A DNA stretch of 64,000 bases from the NCBI RefSeq assembly GCF_001949145.1, contig NW_019091358.1, positions 434,961 through 498,960 on the forward strand, in the 5' to 3' direction. Within the stretch, counting starts at the first letter, position 1, and every line of letters starts with the position of its first letter. The position numbers and the translations under genes were made by a program. Source of the stretch: Acanthaster planci (lineage: Eukaryota). Below are positions 14,151-26,412 of the stretch, one piece after another. The notes beneath the pieces are model-generated. The model worked only from the letters and a program-made list of their open reading frames with translations, did no database searches and had not been told where the DNA came from.

Positions 14151-16101
14151 GGGTTGTCAGGAACCTTAGGAAAGGAATAAGTCGAGATGGGCCGGGTTGT
14201 AGCTGAAATGGGAATAGGCTTATCCGATGGCGATGATTCTGTTTCAGGGCAATCTGTGGTCAAAGTAGGCCTACATGTAGACATGTCTAAATGAAAATTA
14301 ATGTTAACCTTGTAGCAGGCAGCTTCTACAAAACCACGTCGAGGACGAGGGAATGCAAGCTGCTGGTATTTCTTCAAGGCCAGTGTCTGTACAATTGCAA
14401 TGGGTCTAGCACATCACGACAGATGCCACGCTGATGCGATTTTACGGGCTTGCGGCATATGGTACATGGATACTTGGTCGGACCAGGATTCATTTCTTCA
14501 TCTCCAGCCAACACTGCCATGGTTAGGCCTAATGGTAGGTCCTTAAGGTAATGATCTCTACGAGTGTTAGTATTAAAAGAGCACTGATATGGGTAGGCCT
14601 AGTTGGTGGATAATATGGAGGTATCCCTCTGCCATATGAAAAACATAATTGCAAAAGCCCTGGACCAGTTATTCCCCATAATGGAAACAATGCTGTGAAA
14701 CTGCAAACACTCTAATGATGACGTTGTTGATCTGCTAAGTAAGGTCTTGTTAATGTTGCTGCATGGTGTGGTCACTGGCCAAATAAAAAAGTTGCCTTTG
14801 CGAGCATACCACTACATAAATCGTGCGATGTTTCACTGGACATTCACAATGGCCCACTTGATAAAGAAAAATTGAGCATTGTTTGGTTTTATACATATCG
14901 AAGCAATTGTGTAGCGCCTCAAGAATGGTTGCGTTAATATTACCACCACCGTGCGGGGACACCAGTTATGACGTTATTTATGGTCGCTGGATTTGTCCAG
15001 CTTTACGTTAACTTTAAATGCAGTTTTTCTGTGAAAAGCCAAAGTTGACAGAAAGTTCCATCTTATTTAGCAAAAATTTAAACCTTTTCCTTGAAATGCC
15101 CTTTTGAATTGCTTCATCCTACCTCCATGCTTCATCGATATTAAAATGGCGGCATTTCATTCAGTTTTTAGTAGAAGTACTTCACATTAAGCGTTTATAT
15201 TTGCATGATATTTTTTAACACTGTGTGATATATTCTCTTGGTTTAATATGCAATCACGGTCGAAGTCATAGTTTTTTCAAGTAATGGTCTGCAAACAGAA
15301 ATGTCCACAGACTTTAATTGAACGCCGCAGAGGTCAACGTGACACGAATTGCTTGACAACGGGAGCACGCCGACAAACTAGACCTCTCTTTTGTTTACAA
15401 ACTGCTTTGTTCAGAGGGCCAAAATATCCATATTTGTAGAGTTCACCATTGGTTAACGACTGCAGCTTTTGTCTCAAGACGTACATCGTGGTACATGTAT
15501 TAATAATTGCATTTTAGTTCTTGCTTAGTGTGATTTTGTTTTGTGAAATGTTCTTCTGTTCTTGTAAAGCATTGGTTGGCCAAAACTGCAGCTTTAACGT
15601 GTCAAATGAAAGGTGATACGCGACTATAGGAAAATGTATGAAGCTGCTTGTTGGTAGCTGCCATGTAGTTAGGTACGCGCGACAAGCCGAGCGACCTTTA
15701 TGCTTCAAGGGAGGATGCCACCCACAATGCTTTGCAACGTCTGTACTTCCTACACAATTTTTCGTAAAGAAATTGGCAGCCCCGGTTCCGACTCAAGCAA
15801 CTAGAACTTACAGCAAACACAGTTTACCTACTCTGATAGTGACACCTAACAGGTCCACATCAAAAGGGTCATGTTGCCCGTGATCAAAGGTCAATATCTA
15901 ATTGCTTCAGTTTTGGATTTTGTTTTGTATATAGGCCAAACTGTCTTGTGCATGGACATGCAGAAGGCCCGACATCAAGCCCAACTATACGGTGAATCAG
16001 TACATGCATTATGTCTTTCTTTTTAAATGTTTTGGCATTATTAAGTTCATGGCCACTTTTCATCGCTTCCTCGAGGATTCTGACTAACAACTTTCGCCAA
16101 T

Positions 16102-16204
16102 ATGATGGACTCTACGAAGATAATGGTCAGAAAGCCTTGGTTCATACTGGCCATGTTGATGACCACTTCCCTGTACCTCATACTTTGTCGGAGCCTTCGT
16201 GATG
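16102..16204 (+). CDS. Probable first coding exon of the sulfotransferase (type II membrane anchor)
   Basis: MMDSTKIMVRKPWFILAMLMTTSLYLILCRSLRD then G|GTAAGT. A short basic tail plus hydrophobic anchor is typical of Golgi enzymes. It ends in phase 1 while the catalytic exon starts in phase 0, so at least one intervening exon is unresolved. Confidence 0.55.
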
Positions 16205-17667
16205 GTAAGTAACGAAAACCTGTCAGTCGGTTCCTGTGGGATTTTTTAGTGTGTGTTGTATGCCTAGTGTGAATCAGTTAAAAGAATAGACTCTTTGTTT
16301 CCCAGTAACTCTTAAAAGGAAAGGCAGGCTCGCCTATTGTTTGTTTTCAACAACATTATCACAGCATATAATTATTTTAATCACCCTGGTCTTAACAAGT
16401 TTTCCACTGATGTTTTCAAAATTATGACACATATTTAGGAAAGGCGGACACAATGTCAATTTTTTTATCAGGCAGAATCTTTAATTTGCAATGACCTCTC
16501 ACAAAAGGTGACCTCACGTTTTGGGAACACTATATATTTAAATTGAAGAGGCAAGGTGCTTGGCCCTTATTCGATAAATGTATCCGAATATTACCACACT
16601 GTTTGACATTGTGCTCAAATCGATTCACTTTGAAAGATTATTAGGTTCGCATGCTGAAATAAGCAGTGTTTTTCCGCAGTTGCCTCGTGCGGGCCAAATA
16701 TGTCCACTTGTGGGGTTGGTATGGGCAATCAATTTGCTTCTCAATAGTAAAAGACCCCAGGAATCATTGCAAAGGTCAGAAAGGTCACATAAAAATCTCC
16801 AATTTTTCTTAGTCCCAGAAACAATTTTGTCCCCCTCCGAGGGTGTGGGGGGGACATGGCTTTCATGTGACGTGTTTCTGATGTCACGAAGGATAGTAGT
16901 CACATTTCTTGAACGGTCATTCCCCACACCAATATTGCTGGTATGAGTTCTTTTATACTCTTTCTCTCCAAATAACCTAACATTCTTTTTGAGCAGTAAA
17001 CTCTGGACAGATAAAAATAACTGGGAGATGGAGAAGGGCTTTTCATGGCGACCAAGTTAAAGTAAGTTGATCAAGCTTTCTTCTTTTTTTGTCAAATAAC
17101 AGGTTAGACCTCAAACGATGTGATATATACACACAGCTCGGTTAGTGTTTCCGAAGGGGTTTCACGGGCGCGGCTTCCGAAGTGAACATTTGTATATGAA
17201 GGGGATCAAGGGCATCCCTGAACTATGTTTATTTAGCTACCGCAGATCACCCACGTAGATCTAAGTTCAGATAACGGATTCTATTTTGAAACCTTAAACC
17301 GATACCCGCCGTACACAAGTATTGTATGCCCCCGGCCTGGCCTAATGGAAATGGTGCCGTGGAGCTATTAGCTCCGTGATTGTACAAAACCTCCAAACAA
17401 CTCGCAAGGGGCACATCACGATTTGTATTATGTACTCATATTCATTGCTATTTGAGATGTTTTGGACCAGTTGAAGGTTGGAGCTTTGGACAGGAAGTAG
17501 TAATTGTGTGATATCTGGATGAAAATACGGCCGAGTTAACAGTGTTGTATTTCTGTAGAGGTTCCCTAGAGGTCGTGCCCTAGAGTTTTTAAAATATGGA
17601 TTGTAGCCATCTTTCTGGTAACCGCTTAGTTACAGAGGGATAGCACAAAAGGTCCCCTTATGTGTAT

Positions 17668-17890
17668 CAGTAGCCACGTAACCACGGGGTCCTGGGGGAA
17701 CGTGCCCCTCCCCCACACACATTTCCGCCCCCCCCTAAAAACCGGATGAATGGATATTGAACAAGGCTTGAAAATTGAACAAGGCTAACAAAATTTTGCC
17801 CCCGCCCCCCCCCAAATACACCACAGAAAGCTGGTGCCCCCCCACATAAGATGCTGGTCCCCTCCCCGTAAAATCCTAGCTACGTCACTG
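17668..17890. mobile_element. hAT-like MITE (CAGT..CACTG ends) with perfect 8-bp TSD
   Basis: ATGTGTAT|CAGTAGC...CTACGTCACTG|ATGTGTAT. The G/C-run-rich interior is shared with the copy at 25701-25911. Confidence 0.75.
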
Positions 17891-17947
17891 ATGTGTATCC
17901 CAGTGGAATAAAAGCTCTTAAAAAGCTGCCATCCACATCTGATCTGA

Positions 17948-18266
17948 CGGGTTTTGCCCTTACCCAACGTATGTATTAATAAACACTGTATACTCAGTGC
18001 TTGTCTGAGAGCTTGCGAAAAAAATTCACAAGCTTACTCGGGTGGGACTCGAACCCACGACTTCTTGCCTACTAGTGCAGACGTCTTAACCACTCGACCA
18101 CCGAGCTTGCAGTGGGCGGGAGGCCGGTCCGAGTCAGGTGTAGCAGCAGGTACTGCGAACGATTTCAGGATGTATTTTGCGTTGGGGAGATGTTAATACA
18201 TACGTTGGGTAAGGGCAAAAACCCGTTATAAATTCACATCTCCCCAACGCAAAATACATCTTGAAA
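17948..18266 (-). mobile_element. Modular inverted-repeat element containing a tRNA-Thr-derived cassette (copy 1)
   Basis: tRNA-like unit at 18035-18106 (-) with A box TGGTCGAGTGG, B box GGTTCGAGTCC and a downstream oligo-T. Flanked by gggttttgcccttacccaacgtat / atacgttgggtaagggcaaaaaccc and gatgtattttgcgttggggagatg / catctccccaacgcaaaatacatc. Confidence 0.7.
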
Positions 18267-20038
18267 CACATCTGATGTATACTTGGCACTCGGCGCACTT
18301 TTTAGCTTTACATTACTATTTTGTAAATTTTAACTATTGGAAAAAGAGAAATACGCAATTCAAGTTTCTCACCATCCCAAAAGGAGGGGGTAAGTTAACG
18401 CCGCTTTGTCCGCCTCCCCGATCAAAAAGGGGTAGAGGGGATAGTGTTTCGCCCACCCCCAGTAGGTCACAACTGAGGGCTTGCTATAGACCTTTTTCAC
18501 GAGGAAGCCATTTTTGGTCATGTTCCGTGAATCTATCTCATTCAGTGTAATCTGTCAAATGGTGTGGTTCCATTTTGGATTCCATGCCGCACTTTCATTT
18601 TTAATATTAAGATGAAATAAATCACAAGTTTTAAACTATTCAGCCTCGTAAATAAAATGGGTCTGTAATGAACTTTAATTATTTCATTGTCTTAGATTTT
18701 ATGCTTATAGGTTTCCAAAATGAAGTACAGTTAATAAAGTTAACTTTGCTTTCAATTTGGCCAGCTTTGAATACGGCCAGGTGTGACACTGAGCAGTCAT
18801 TCTCTCGCTTTCAGGGGCGATGTCAGAAAAGGGCAACTAATTAAGGGTGTATACATCATACACATGACATAATTTATTGAATATTAAACCCATCCACTAG
18901 TCCTAATTTAATTGATCGAAATACATACAGCTGGAAATACTGAATCTAAAAAAACGCATGGATTACGTTTTGCGCAAGGCATGATGGGAACTAACATGCG
19001 CTGCCAGATACGCATAAACGAGCCTAACCCTTATGTTCATTAAACCAACACGACTTCCACACTTCGGAATGAAAATTACTGTGGATTACAAACTGGAAAC
19101 TACAGTGCTCATTGCAACCATAGATACATAACACAGATCGATAACATACCTGACACAGGGGGATCATTCTATCTGCTCCATAGACCAGCACATTGGTGGT
19201 TTGTATTATTTGTGACAAAACAGTCATAAAAACAGTTATAAAGGTACGTAACTTCTGAATCACAAATTATGTTTCTGTGCTAATTTTTACTTTTAATAAA
19301 AAAACAGACCTTTAATTGATTTCCTTCATGTGTGTATAGCACGTGTTCGAAACTTATATTTAAACCTTAAAGGGTAGCTGATGGTTTAATGGACACCTTC
19401 AAAATTGCACCTTTGTGTCTCAGTTAACCTTATTTTAAACCTTTTTCAATACTTAAAGGATCCAGGAAATTAATTTTTTTTGGAATCATTTTTTGTGTGT
19501 CTCTGTACTCTTCGTCCACGTATGAAGACTGTTTGACATCTTTTTTGAGTTATGTGAACTGAATAAAGCACTTTTTCAAATATTAAAAATTGACCAAGCA
19601 TTTCTAGACAAGTGAGGGCGCTTTTCCTTTGATGTAAATCCAGGAAGACATGGTTCAGGTTGCATGTTTTCATGTTCAAATTGTGAACCCCAAATTTGCT
19701 ATCTGGGAACATTTCTGTGAAAAGGATTTTTACTGGATTGTTGCCGTATATTTACACAGCAATAAATTGCCCAAGAAACTGAAATCTGCCATAGCAGTGG
19801 TTAAAAATTCTAGAAATTTTTTGCGTACAAATCAGTGCAACATTGATATTCAGTGCCTCAGATGACATTAAAGTTCTGCTCATGAATACGCTGTCAACTG
19901 TCTTGAAGTATTTCTTTTAATTTTACATATTCCCCATGCAAATTAGGCATTCTAATGCACATGTACTAGTCCAGAACCACCAGGTGCCAATTTCATGGTT
20001 TCACAACCTTATTTTTTATGGATTTTTTTTCATTCCAG

Positions 20039-21028
20039 GGGGCAATGGTTTCCCAACACACTGTTTGGCTAAGGCAACAAATGTCTCGAAAACAGCTGCT
20101 ACTGGACAATTGCGCTGCCTTCAATTCTAAAGCTGACAGCATTATTCCACCTCTCAGATATCCAGCAGACAACTGGACCCATTTTGTGAAGGAATTGAAT
20201 TACCTCGTAGTCGTCGAACCGCTGAAGGTGGTTTACTGTTCAATCCCTAAAGTTGGCAGCTCCACTATCAAGTGGATGCTCTTAAACGTAACTGGTCACA
20301 TGCTACCGGGTAATGCTCATAGTATTGCCGGCAAAACATTTCACTCGCTGAATCGGTACCCGATCGAAAAGGCCAAAGAAATTATGGCGACTTACAGAAA
20401 GTTCTTGTTTGTCCGAAACCCGCTGGAAAGATTTTTATCAGCGTACCTGAATAAAATTGAGACGACTATTGATGGCAACCTCTGGAGAACTCGCGACGCA
20501 ATCAGATCTCTGGATGACTCCGCCAAGTCGGCCAAGAAAGTAACGAGCAAGAAAAAGGCAACGAGTAAAAAAAAAGTGAACCGCAGAGGCAGACAGAAAG
20601 TCAAACGGAAAGAAGTCGACATTAAAATTACCTTGCCGCAGTTTACAAGATACGTTTTGGCTATAAACAGGTCTGCGGATCAGCGGGTAAGATCAGACAT
20701 GCACCTCAATGAACACTGGAATCCGATGTACGAAATGTGCCAGCCGTGTCTCATCGACTATGACTGGATTGGACACTTCGAGCATTTACAGACAGACATC
20801 CAGTGGATCCTATCAGCTCTTGTAGGGGGAAACCAAACCGTGTACGTGCCTGAACACGATCCGAAACACACCACAAATAGCAGTGAAAGAGACACGCAGC
20901 GTAGACTTTTCACCACTCTCAATTCTTTACAAGTAGAGAAACTGCTGAGGTATTACGAACTTGATTACAGTCTGTTTGGTTTTGATATACCCCCGAGCGC
21001 TGGAAATCTTATTAACAACGGATATTAA
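20039..21028 (+). CDS. Carbohydrate sulfotransferase (CHST8-14/HNK-1ST family, Sulfotransfer_2), catalytic exon
   Basis: Acceptor ttttttttcattccag. 5'-PSB motif YCSIPKVGSST, 3'-PB motif FLFVRNPLERFLSAYLNK, then HWNPMYEMCQPC, YDWIGHFE, YELDYSLFGF. Open to TAA. Confidence 0.92.
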   Translation, partial: GAMVSQHTVWLRQQMSRKQLLLDNCAAFNSKADSIIPPLRYPADNWTHFVKELNYLVVVEPLKVVYCSIPKVGSSTIKWMLLNVTGHMLPGNAHSIAGKTFHSLNRYPIEKAKEIMATYRKFLFVRNPLERFLSAYLNKIETTIDGNLWRTRDAIRSLDDSAKSAKKVTSKKKATSKKKVNRRGRQKVKRKEVDIKITLPQFTRYVLAINRSADQRVRSDMHLNEHWNPMYEMCQPCLIDYDWIGHFEHLQTDIQWILSALVGGNQTVYVPEHDPKHTTNSSERDTQRRLFTTLNSLQVEKLLRYYELDYSLFGFDIPPSAGNLINNGY

Positions 21029-22349
21029 TGCCTTGAGGCCATCTGCAGGGGTATTCCACATTTGATAACCAATGTCTTATCCCCCCCAAAAATCAATGGA
21101 ATTCTTTTTTTTCTCCCATTTTCCTTTCTTAAAAAGCTGCACAAGAGTCCAGATCATCGTTATGTCTTTGAAGGGGTACTTAGCACGATTGTCGATGTTC
21201 TTATAGTCTTATGAGGTCCTCTGCATTCCATAATGTCTATCCCAATTTTCCTTTAACAATCAGCTGGTAGGTCACGTGACTTTAATAGCGAGCACAATGG
21301 CTCTATTACGATTTATAACAGATTTCAAAGGGTTGTGAAAAATCACCATAGTGGTTACCAAAGGGTTTGCAATTATGTACAGGGCATTACAAGGCGTGTG
21401 TACGGGCTATAACTTACTGAATCCTTGTGGTACCACCATGTTTGTGGTTCCAAAGTTCGTTTTTATCAAGTAGGCCAACTTCACTTTCGCGAGATTTTTT
21501 TCAAGGTTCGTTTGTATGAGATATTCTCCACTTCGATCATGTGATCTATTTTTGAAAAAAATATTTCCATTGAAAAAACAATTTACAATTAAGACATAGT
21601 TTTATCCAGTCTTTTAGGACGTATTATTCCAAGTTATTTTTAAGACAATCATTTCATAACTCATAAAATCGAAATTCAGAAAATATATCTCATAAAGGAG
21701 GTGTGCCCTATCGTGCCATGTATTACAGGCTTAACGCTATCAAACCACGCAAAAAGAATAACTCGTGATGCAAAACACAATTGAACCCTGGTATGGCCGA
21801 CGTCTGGTTTGATGTGCTTCGGCTTGTGCAGATTGGAAATCGCTGTTTCAGCTCACCTCATCAACGTCGACGTAACACCGATATCTGACATCATATTCTC
21901 CAACCTTCCAATCGTAACGACTATTAAAACATATCAAGCATATTCATCATGATGACACTGATAGGAAATATTACTACATTATTGCTTAACCGACGTGCTG
22001 TCTGTTAAGTAGGTATAAATTTATCTTCTTTTTCTAGAGTCCGTGTAGTGGAATAGGAGTGGCCAACCCTCGATTTATACCAAGCAGAAACTCCATTGTG
22101 TGTACCCGTGCTTGATGACATGGGCATGCTATATGAGCTTCAATCCAGTACAAGCATATTTGAATGTTCAAGTCTGCATTGAAAGACCAAACTTGCAGTG
22201 AATTTGGCCTATCAAGTTTGCGTGTAATAATATTTGTGCCTTTTCTTGACGCTGTGTTGGTTTTTAGATTAAGGAATTAGTTTTAACGTTTTGGGTTTTC
22301 CATTTCATTTGATTTAAAAACGTTTTTCTTGGGTTCATTGTTAATTTAC

Positions 22350-22597
22350 ACCGCAAAACCTGTGGTGTTAAAATCAACACTTTTTTTGTTAACAGATGAC
22401 CACACCATAGGATGTTACTTTAACACCGTTACTGTTTAACACTGTTACTTTGCACACCTATAAGTTTTACAATGCACTGGAGGGTGTTACAAGTAACACC
22501 AAATATCCCCAACATTTTTAACACCAGTGAAAAGTGTTGGTGTAGTGCTTTGATAACACCGGGGGTGTTAAATTTAACAACCCTGTTTTGGCAGGGT
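22350..22597. mobile_element. MITE with CAC-type ends in TA context
   Basis: ta|caccgcaaaacctgtggtgttaaaatcaacac ... ggtgttaaatttaacaaccctgttttggcaggg|ta, with internal aacacc/ggtgtt repeats. A related right end (accacagtttttgcagtgta) lies at ~11380-11401. Confidence 0.5.
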
Positions 22598-23730
22598 AAT
22601 AAGTTAGTTCCAAGTTTGTTTCTGTTGGGTCTTTTGAAAGTGGTGCCACGGTGGATCGTCAGTTGCGGTATTAAAGATGTGCATTTATTATTTTTATTAG
22701 TTTTTTTTAGTGTGTCTAACTTTAATGTAAAGCATCTTCAAATTGGTTTCATATAAACATGTACCATTAAACTAGTATTCTTACTCACTTTTCAAAATTG
22801 TTCCAATTTTCTTTCCGGAGCTGTACCACTATGTACATTTTGTCACCGTCAGGTCAGCCGTCACATACTTGTGCATTTTAGTGCATAAAGGTATTACCTT
22901 ATAGTGCAAAGATAAAACCTTTTGATGTAGTCTGGTTCCAAGACCAAATGATTCTGACTATAAAAATGGAAATATTTTTAGTTCCAATAGTCACCATGGC
23001 CACGTTTAAAAAACGGGAGGAATTCCTCCCTTACAAAAATTTCCGAAACACGGCGATGTTTCCCGAACACATGCTTGGTGATATTCGGATACTCTCGTTA
23101 ATGTCCGAAGATGTCTGCAATGAACAAGTTACTTTTCTTCACTGATTTCCAGATATGCTGTGCGATTTTACCAACTGCTTTGAATTTGCTTCCTTTCTTT
23201 GGGAATACTGAGGCTATTTTTGTATACCTTTTGACAACGGTTCCTTTGAAAATTAACGGACATTCGTGCCCTACATCCCATGACATTACGGCTTATATCT
23301 TACATAACGCCATGTTCTGTATTCGTCACTGGTGGCTGTGAACCTAAAATTTATAGCCTACACATTAAGGTAATTGACAGGACCGGGAACCAGACTTATT
23401 TTTGTCCTGTTTCCGAAAACTTGCTAAATTTTTTTCTTCTCTTTATGGTGGGCTGTTTACAGTTGTTGCCAAAATTCAAAGCTGTCAACTTTGCCGGATG
23501 AAAGTCTGCGACTGACCTTTAAACAAGAAGGCCTACTTATCAGGCCGTCTTTTATTAAAAACGCTCGAAATGTATATTGTATATATAAAGAGAGACCATT
23601 TTTTGTACAATCAAATTACTCAGCAAGTTTTCCCCTTAAGTGCACCATGGGCCAAAGATCAGCATCACTGTTCGATGCATGATCTTAAAATGGTCACTGA
23701 AGTGTTGTAGTTTATACAAATCAAGAATTA

Positions 23731-24161
23731 TCACATGTGGGAATCTGACAAATCCTTGAGGCCATTACAGCAATCTGTTGAATACGTTCCGTGGCTGCTG
23801 ATACTGTTATTATAGCCAATCAATGAAGAGCTCTTTGTCGCTATCCACCAGTAGGACCTGGCCCTGAACTTTAGAGGCCTACATTGGGGAAGAAAATACC
23901 ATAATTCGACAGTAAATTGCTACTAAATATGCCGCAAAGTACTTTTCAATACAGTTTTCAAAAAGATTTTTGTTATCTTTCAGGACAAAGAGTTAACTGA
24001 ATTGAACTCAGTTCGAGTATCATACTTTACCAAATCCATTTATTCACAACCTTGCGCCATATTTCCTACCGATACCCGGTAGGTGCTCCACAGGTTGTCC
24101 CACATGGGTTCTCAACACTGTGCCTGTATTTGTTAGTGGTTGTCGGCACCCTGTCTGCCAT
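23731..24161 (-). pseudogene. Unprocessed BAF pseudogene (exons 24026-24161 and 23731-23878)
   Basis: Exon 1 reads MADRVPTTTNKYRHSV/EPMWD/PVEHLPGIGRKYGARL*INGFGK|gtatga: 136 nt versus 138 nt, two 1-nt deletions and an in-frame TGA. Exon 2 reads ASKVQGQVLLVDSDKELFIDWL*/STDCCNGLKDLSDSHM*: 148 nt versus 147 nt. The intron position is the same as in the intact gene. Confidence 0.88.
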
Positions 24162-25633
24162 ACATTCTGAGAAAGGTCATACTGTGAACACAAGCGATTT
24201 GCAAAAGCAAATATACTTAATATTTTGGAAGAAATTCAACACTGAAAGCATGAAACGCTGGGGTTCTGATCACAGTGACAAGAAATGCTCTCAGTAAAAA
24301 ACAAAATTTCTTTCTGTCATATTTGCAGGATTGACAAGGCCATTCGTTGACCCACTGCGCTATAGAAGAAAGATAATTACCCTGAAAACAGTCGATGTGT
24401 TTGTTTTCTGCAGTATGGTCACAGTGTCAAACCTAGCTCGATCTTTTCTTGTTACTGGTTATTGAAAACATTCCATACCTTAACACGTGAACGCCGTGAA
24501 AACGTCTTGGAAATGACTTCCTGAAGAGCTTTTGAGGGGGTAGTAGCTAACCATGTTTGTAATATTGACCACAAGAAAGCCTTTGTGCATGATAAAGGAG
24601 TATGACTTATATATCAGTCAATAAATTTCGTGACTGCACAATAATGTCGGCATTCCTTCAATAACGGTTGGGAGAATTTTACTCATACATGTAAATGCGT
24701 TCTTATGAATATTAAACACTGAACAGTTATATTGTCTTTACATTGTGATCTTAGCGAGGTTAATGGGACAACGGAAATAAAACTGACTCCTTTGTATAGG
24801 CTTTGCAAGAGCCCTAAATTTCACTTGATCTTGCATTTGAATCTTTATTTTTGTGTGCAGTATGCAGGTTAAGTGTGGGGAATCCTCGGCTCTTATCATG
24901 AAGACTCCCGGCATATAGCTCAGGAAACATCGATTGCTATATGCTCATGTCAACCGGACTTACAAAACACTATTCTTATAAGAATTCATGTTTTGCACAA
25001 GAGTAGCCTAGATAGCAAGCTATTGATATTAATATCAAGTATTGTGATCTATTTAATACGCGTGTACGTGTACTTACCTTTGGTATGCCGTTCTGGTTTT
25101 AGAAGTAAAAATCACTTTTGCTGTGGTTGTTCCAAAAAGGCAATGGGCATAAGTGTGGATAACCTGTGTGATTTTTCTCAAAGTTTTCGGAGCTTCACCG
25201 TGTCTTGATGGTTAAACATTCCAGATCACCATCAATATCAGTAAAAAGCCTAAATGGGTGACTTCGATGGGCAAAATAGAGAGTTATAAAGCCATAAACA
25301 TTTTTTACCGTCCGTGCAGTGAAACGACCATTTAATAGTATGGCACCTTCCAAACAGGGAAAATTACACATAGAAGTCCAGTGCAAGATATCCTGGTTTC
25401 TGGGTACCAGCTTCTTGTATCGCCAGTAACACCAACCACGTTCCCTTTCCACCATGCCTTGCGTGATCTTAACCCGTGGAATTGTGAGATTTAAATATCC
25501 CACTTTTGGAGAGATTTAAATTAGGACTGTAGTCAATGGGTTCAGGCGCAACGTTGATTTATGCGTCATGCGCGACTTGCAGGGAACTACATGGACGAGA
25601 GCTTGTAGCTGAGATACACGTGCGATTCACTTT

Positions 25634-26035
25634 GGGTGCGTTCGCGCAGTTACTTCTGTTAACACAGTAGGATGCGTGCGCATTACACTCGAGTGCAGGG
25701 CAATGGCGTAGACATGGGGGGGATGGGGCACGTGCCCCCCACAAATTCCCGGTGCCCCCCACTGAAAAAAATGGAGGAATGGCTAACAAAAACTTGCCCC
25801 CCCCCAAAAAAAACCACAAAACAAACATATCACTGAAAGCTGGTGCCCCCATATTAAAGATGCTGGTGCCCCTTCGTGCACCCCACCAGTAAAATCCAAG
25901 TTACGCCACTGGTGCAGGACTATACTCCCCCTCTGGCGAGAGTATACTCTCGCTGAGTCGCGGGTCGTACTCCAGCCGTTCGAACGCTCAGGGGTATATT
26001 CTCTCGCGAGTAGCGTAGCTCGCTCGAACGCACCC
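25634..26035. mobile_element. PIF/Harbinger-like MITE (GGGTGCGTTCG..CGAACGCACCC) hosting a nested hAT-like MITE
   Basis: 11-bp perfect TIRs at 25634-25644 and 26025-26035, flanked by TTT on both sides. The superfamily assignment is inferred. Confidence 0.55.
25701..25911. mobile_element. hAT-like MITE nested in the preceding element
   Basis: GTGCAGGG|CAATGGCGTA...TTACGCCACTG|GTGCAGGA (8-bp TSD, 1 mismatch). The interior matches 17668-17890 (ggctaacaaaa, aaagctggtgcccc). Related ends occur at ~36337-36538 and ~37215-37385. Confidence 0.72.
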
Positions 26036-26189
26036 TTTATACGTTCATGTTCACAGATATTCATCTTGAATTTTCAACACGACCATGGTTAGGTAAAGAA
26101 CACGCATGCAGCCCATGGGGTCGAGGTTGCTGTACTGCCATTTACCACTTTCTTGCCATTCATTGTGAGCATTTCGTGATACAAATTTT

Positions 26190-26412
26190 ATTTTCAAGAT
26201 GTATTTTTGCGTTGGGGAGATGTTAATTGTATATAACGGGTTTGCCCTTACCCAACGTATAGCANNNNNNNNNNNNNNNNNNNNNNNNNNNNNNNNNNNN
26301 NNNNNNNNNNNNNNNNNNNNNNNNNNNNNNNNNNNNNNNNNNNNNNNNNNNNNNNNNNNNNNNNNNNNNNNATTGCTATACGTTGGGTAAGGGCAAACCC
26401 GTTATATATAAC
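26190..26412. mobile_element. Modular inverted-repeat element (copy 2), interior lost in an assembly gap
   Basis: ttcaagatgtatttttgcgttggggagatg and gggtttgcccttacccaacgtat on the left of the N gap (26265-26371); atacgttgggtaagggcaaaccc on the right. Confidence 0.6.

Noticed and set aside
18035..18106. Functional tRNA gene (also 60306-60378)
   Set aside because: 8-nt anticodon loop, mismatched stems that differ between copies, and embedding in a dispersed repeat.
19184..19243. Middle exon of the sulfotransferase (tag|ACC...AAG|gtacgt)
   Set aside because: It is phase 0-0 and cannot by itself bridge the phase-1 first exon to the phase-0 catalytic exon.
23098..23286. Cationic amphipathic ORF (KKGSKFKAVGKIAQHIWKSVKK) resembling an antimicrobial peptide
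   Set aside because: No signal peptide or splice support; plausible by chance in AT-rich DNA.
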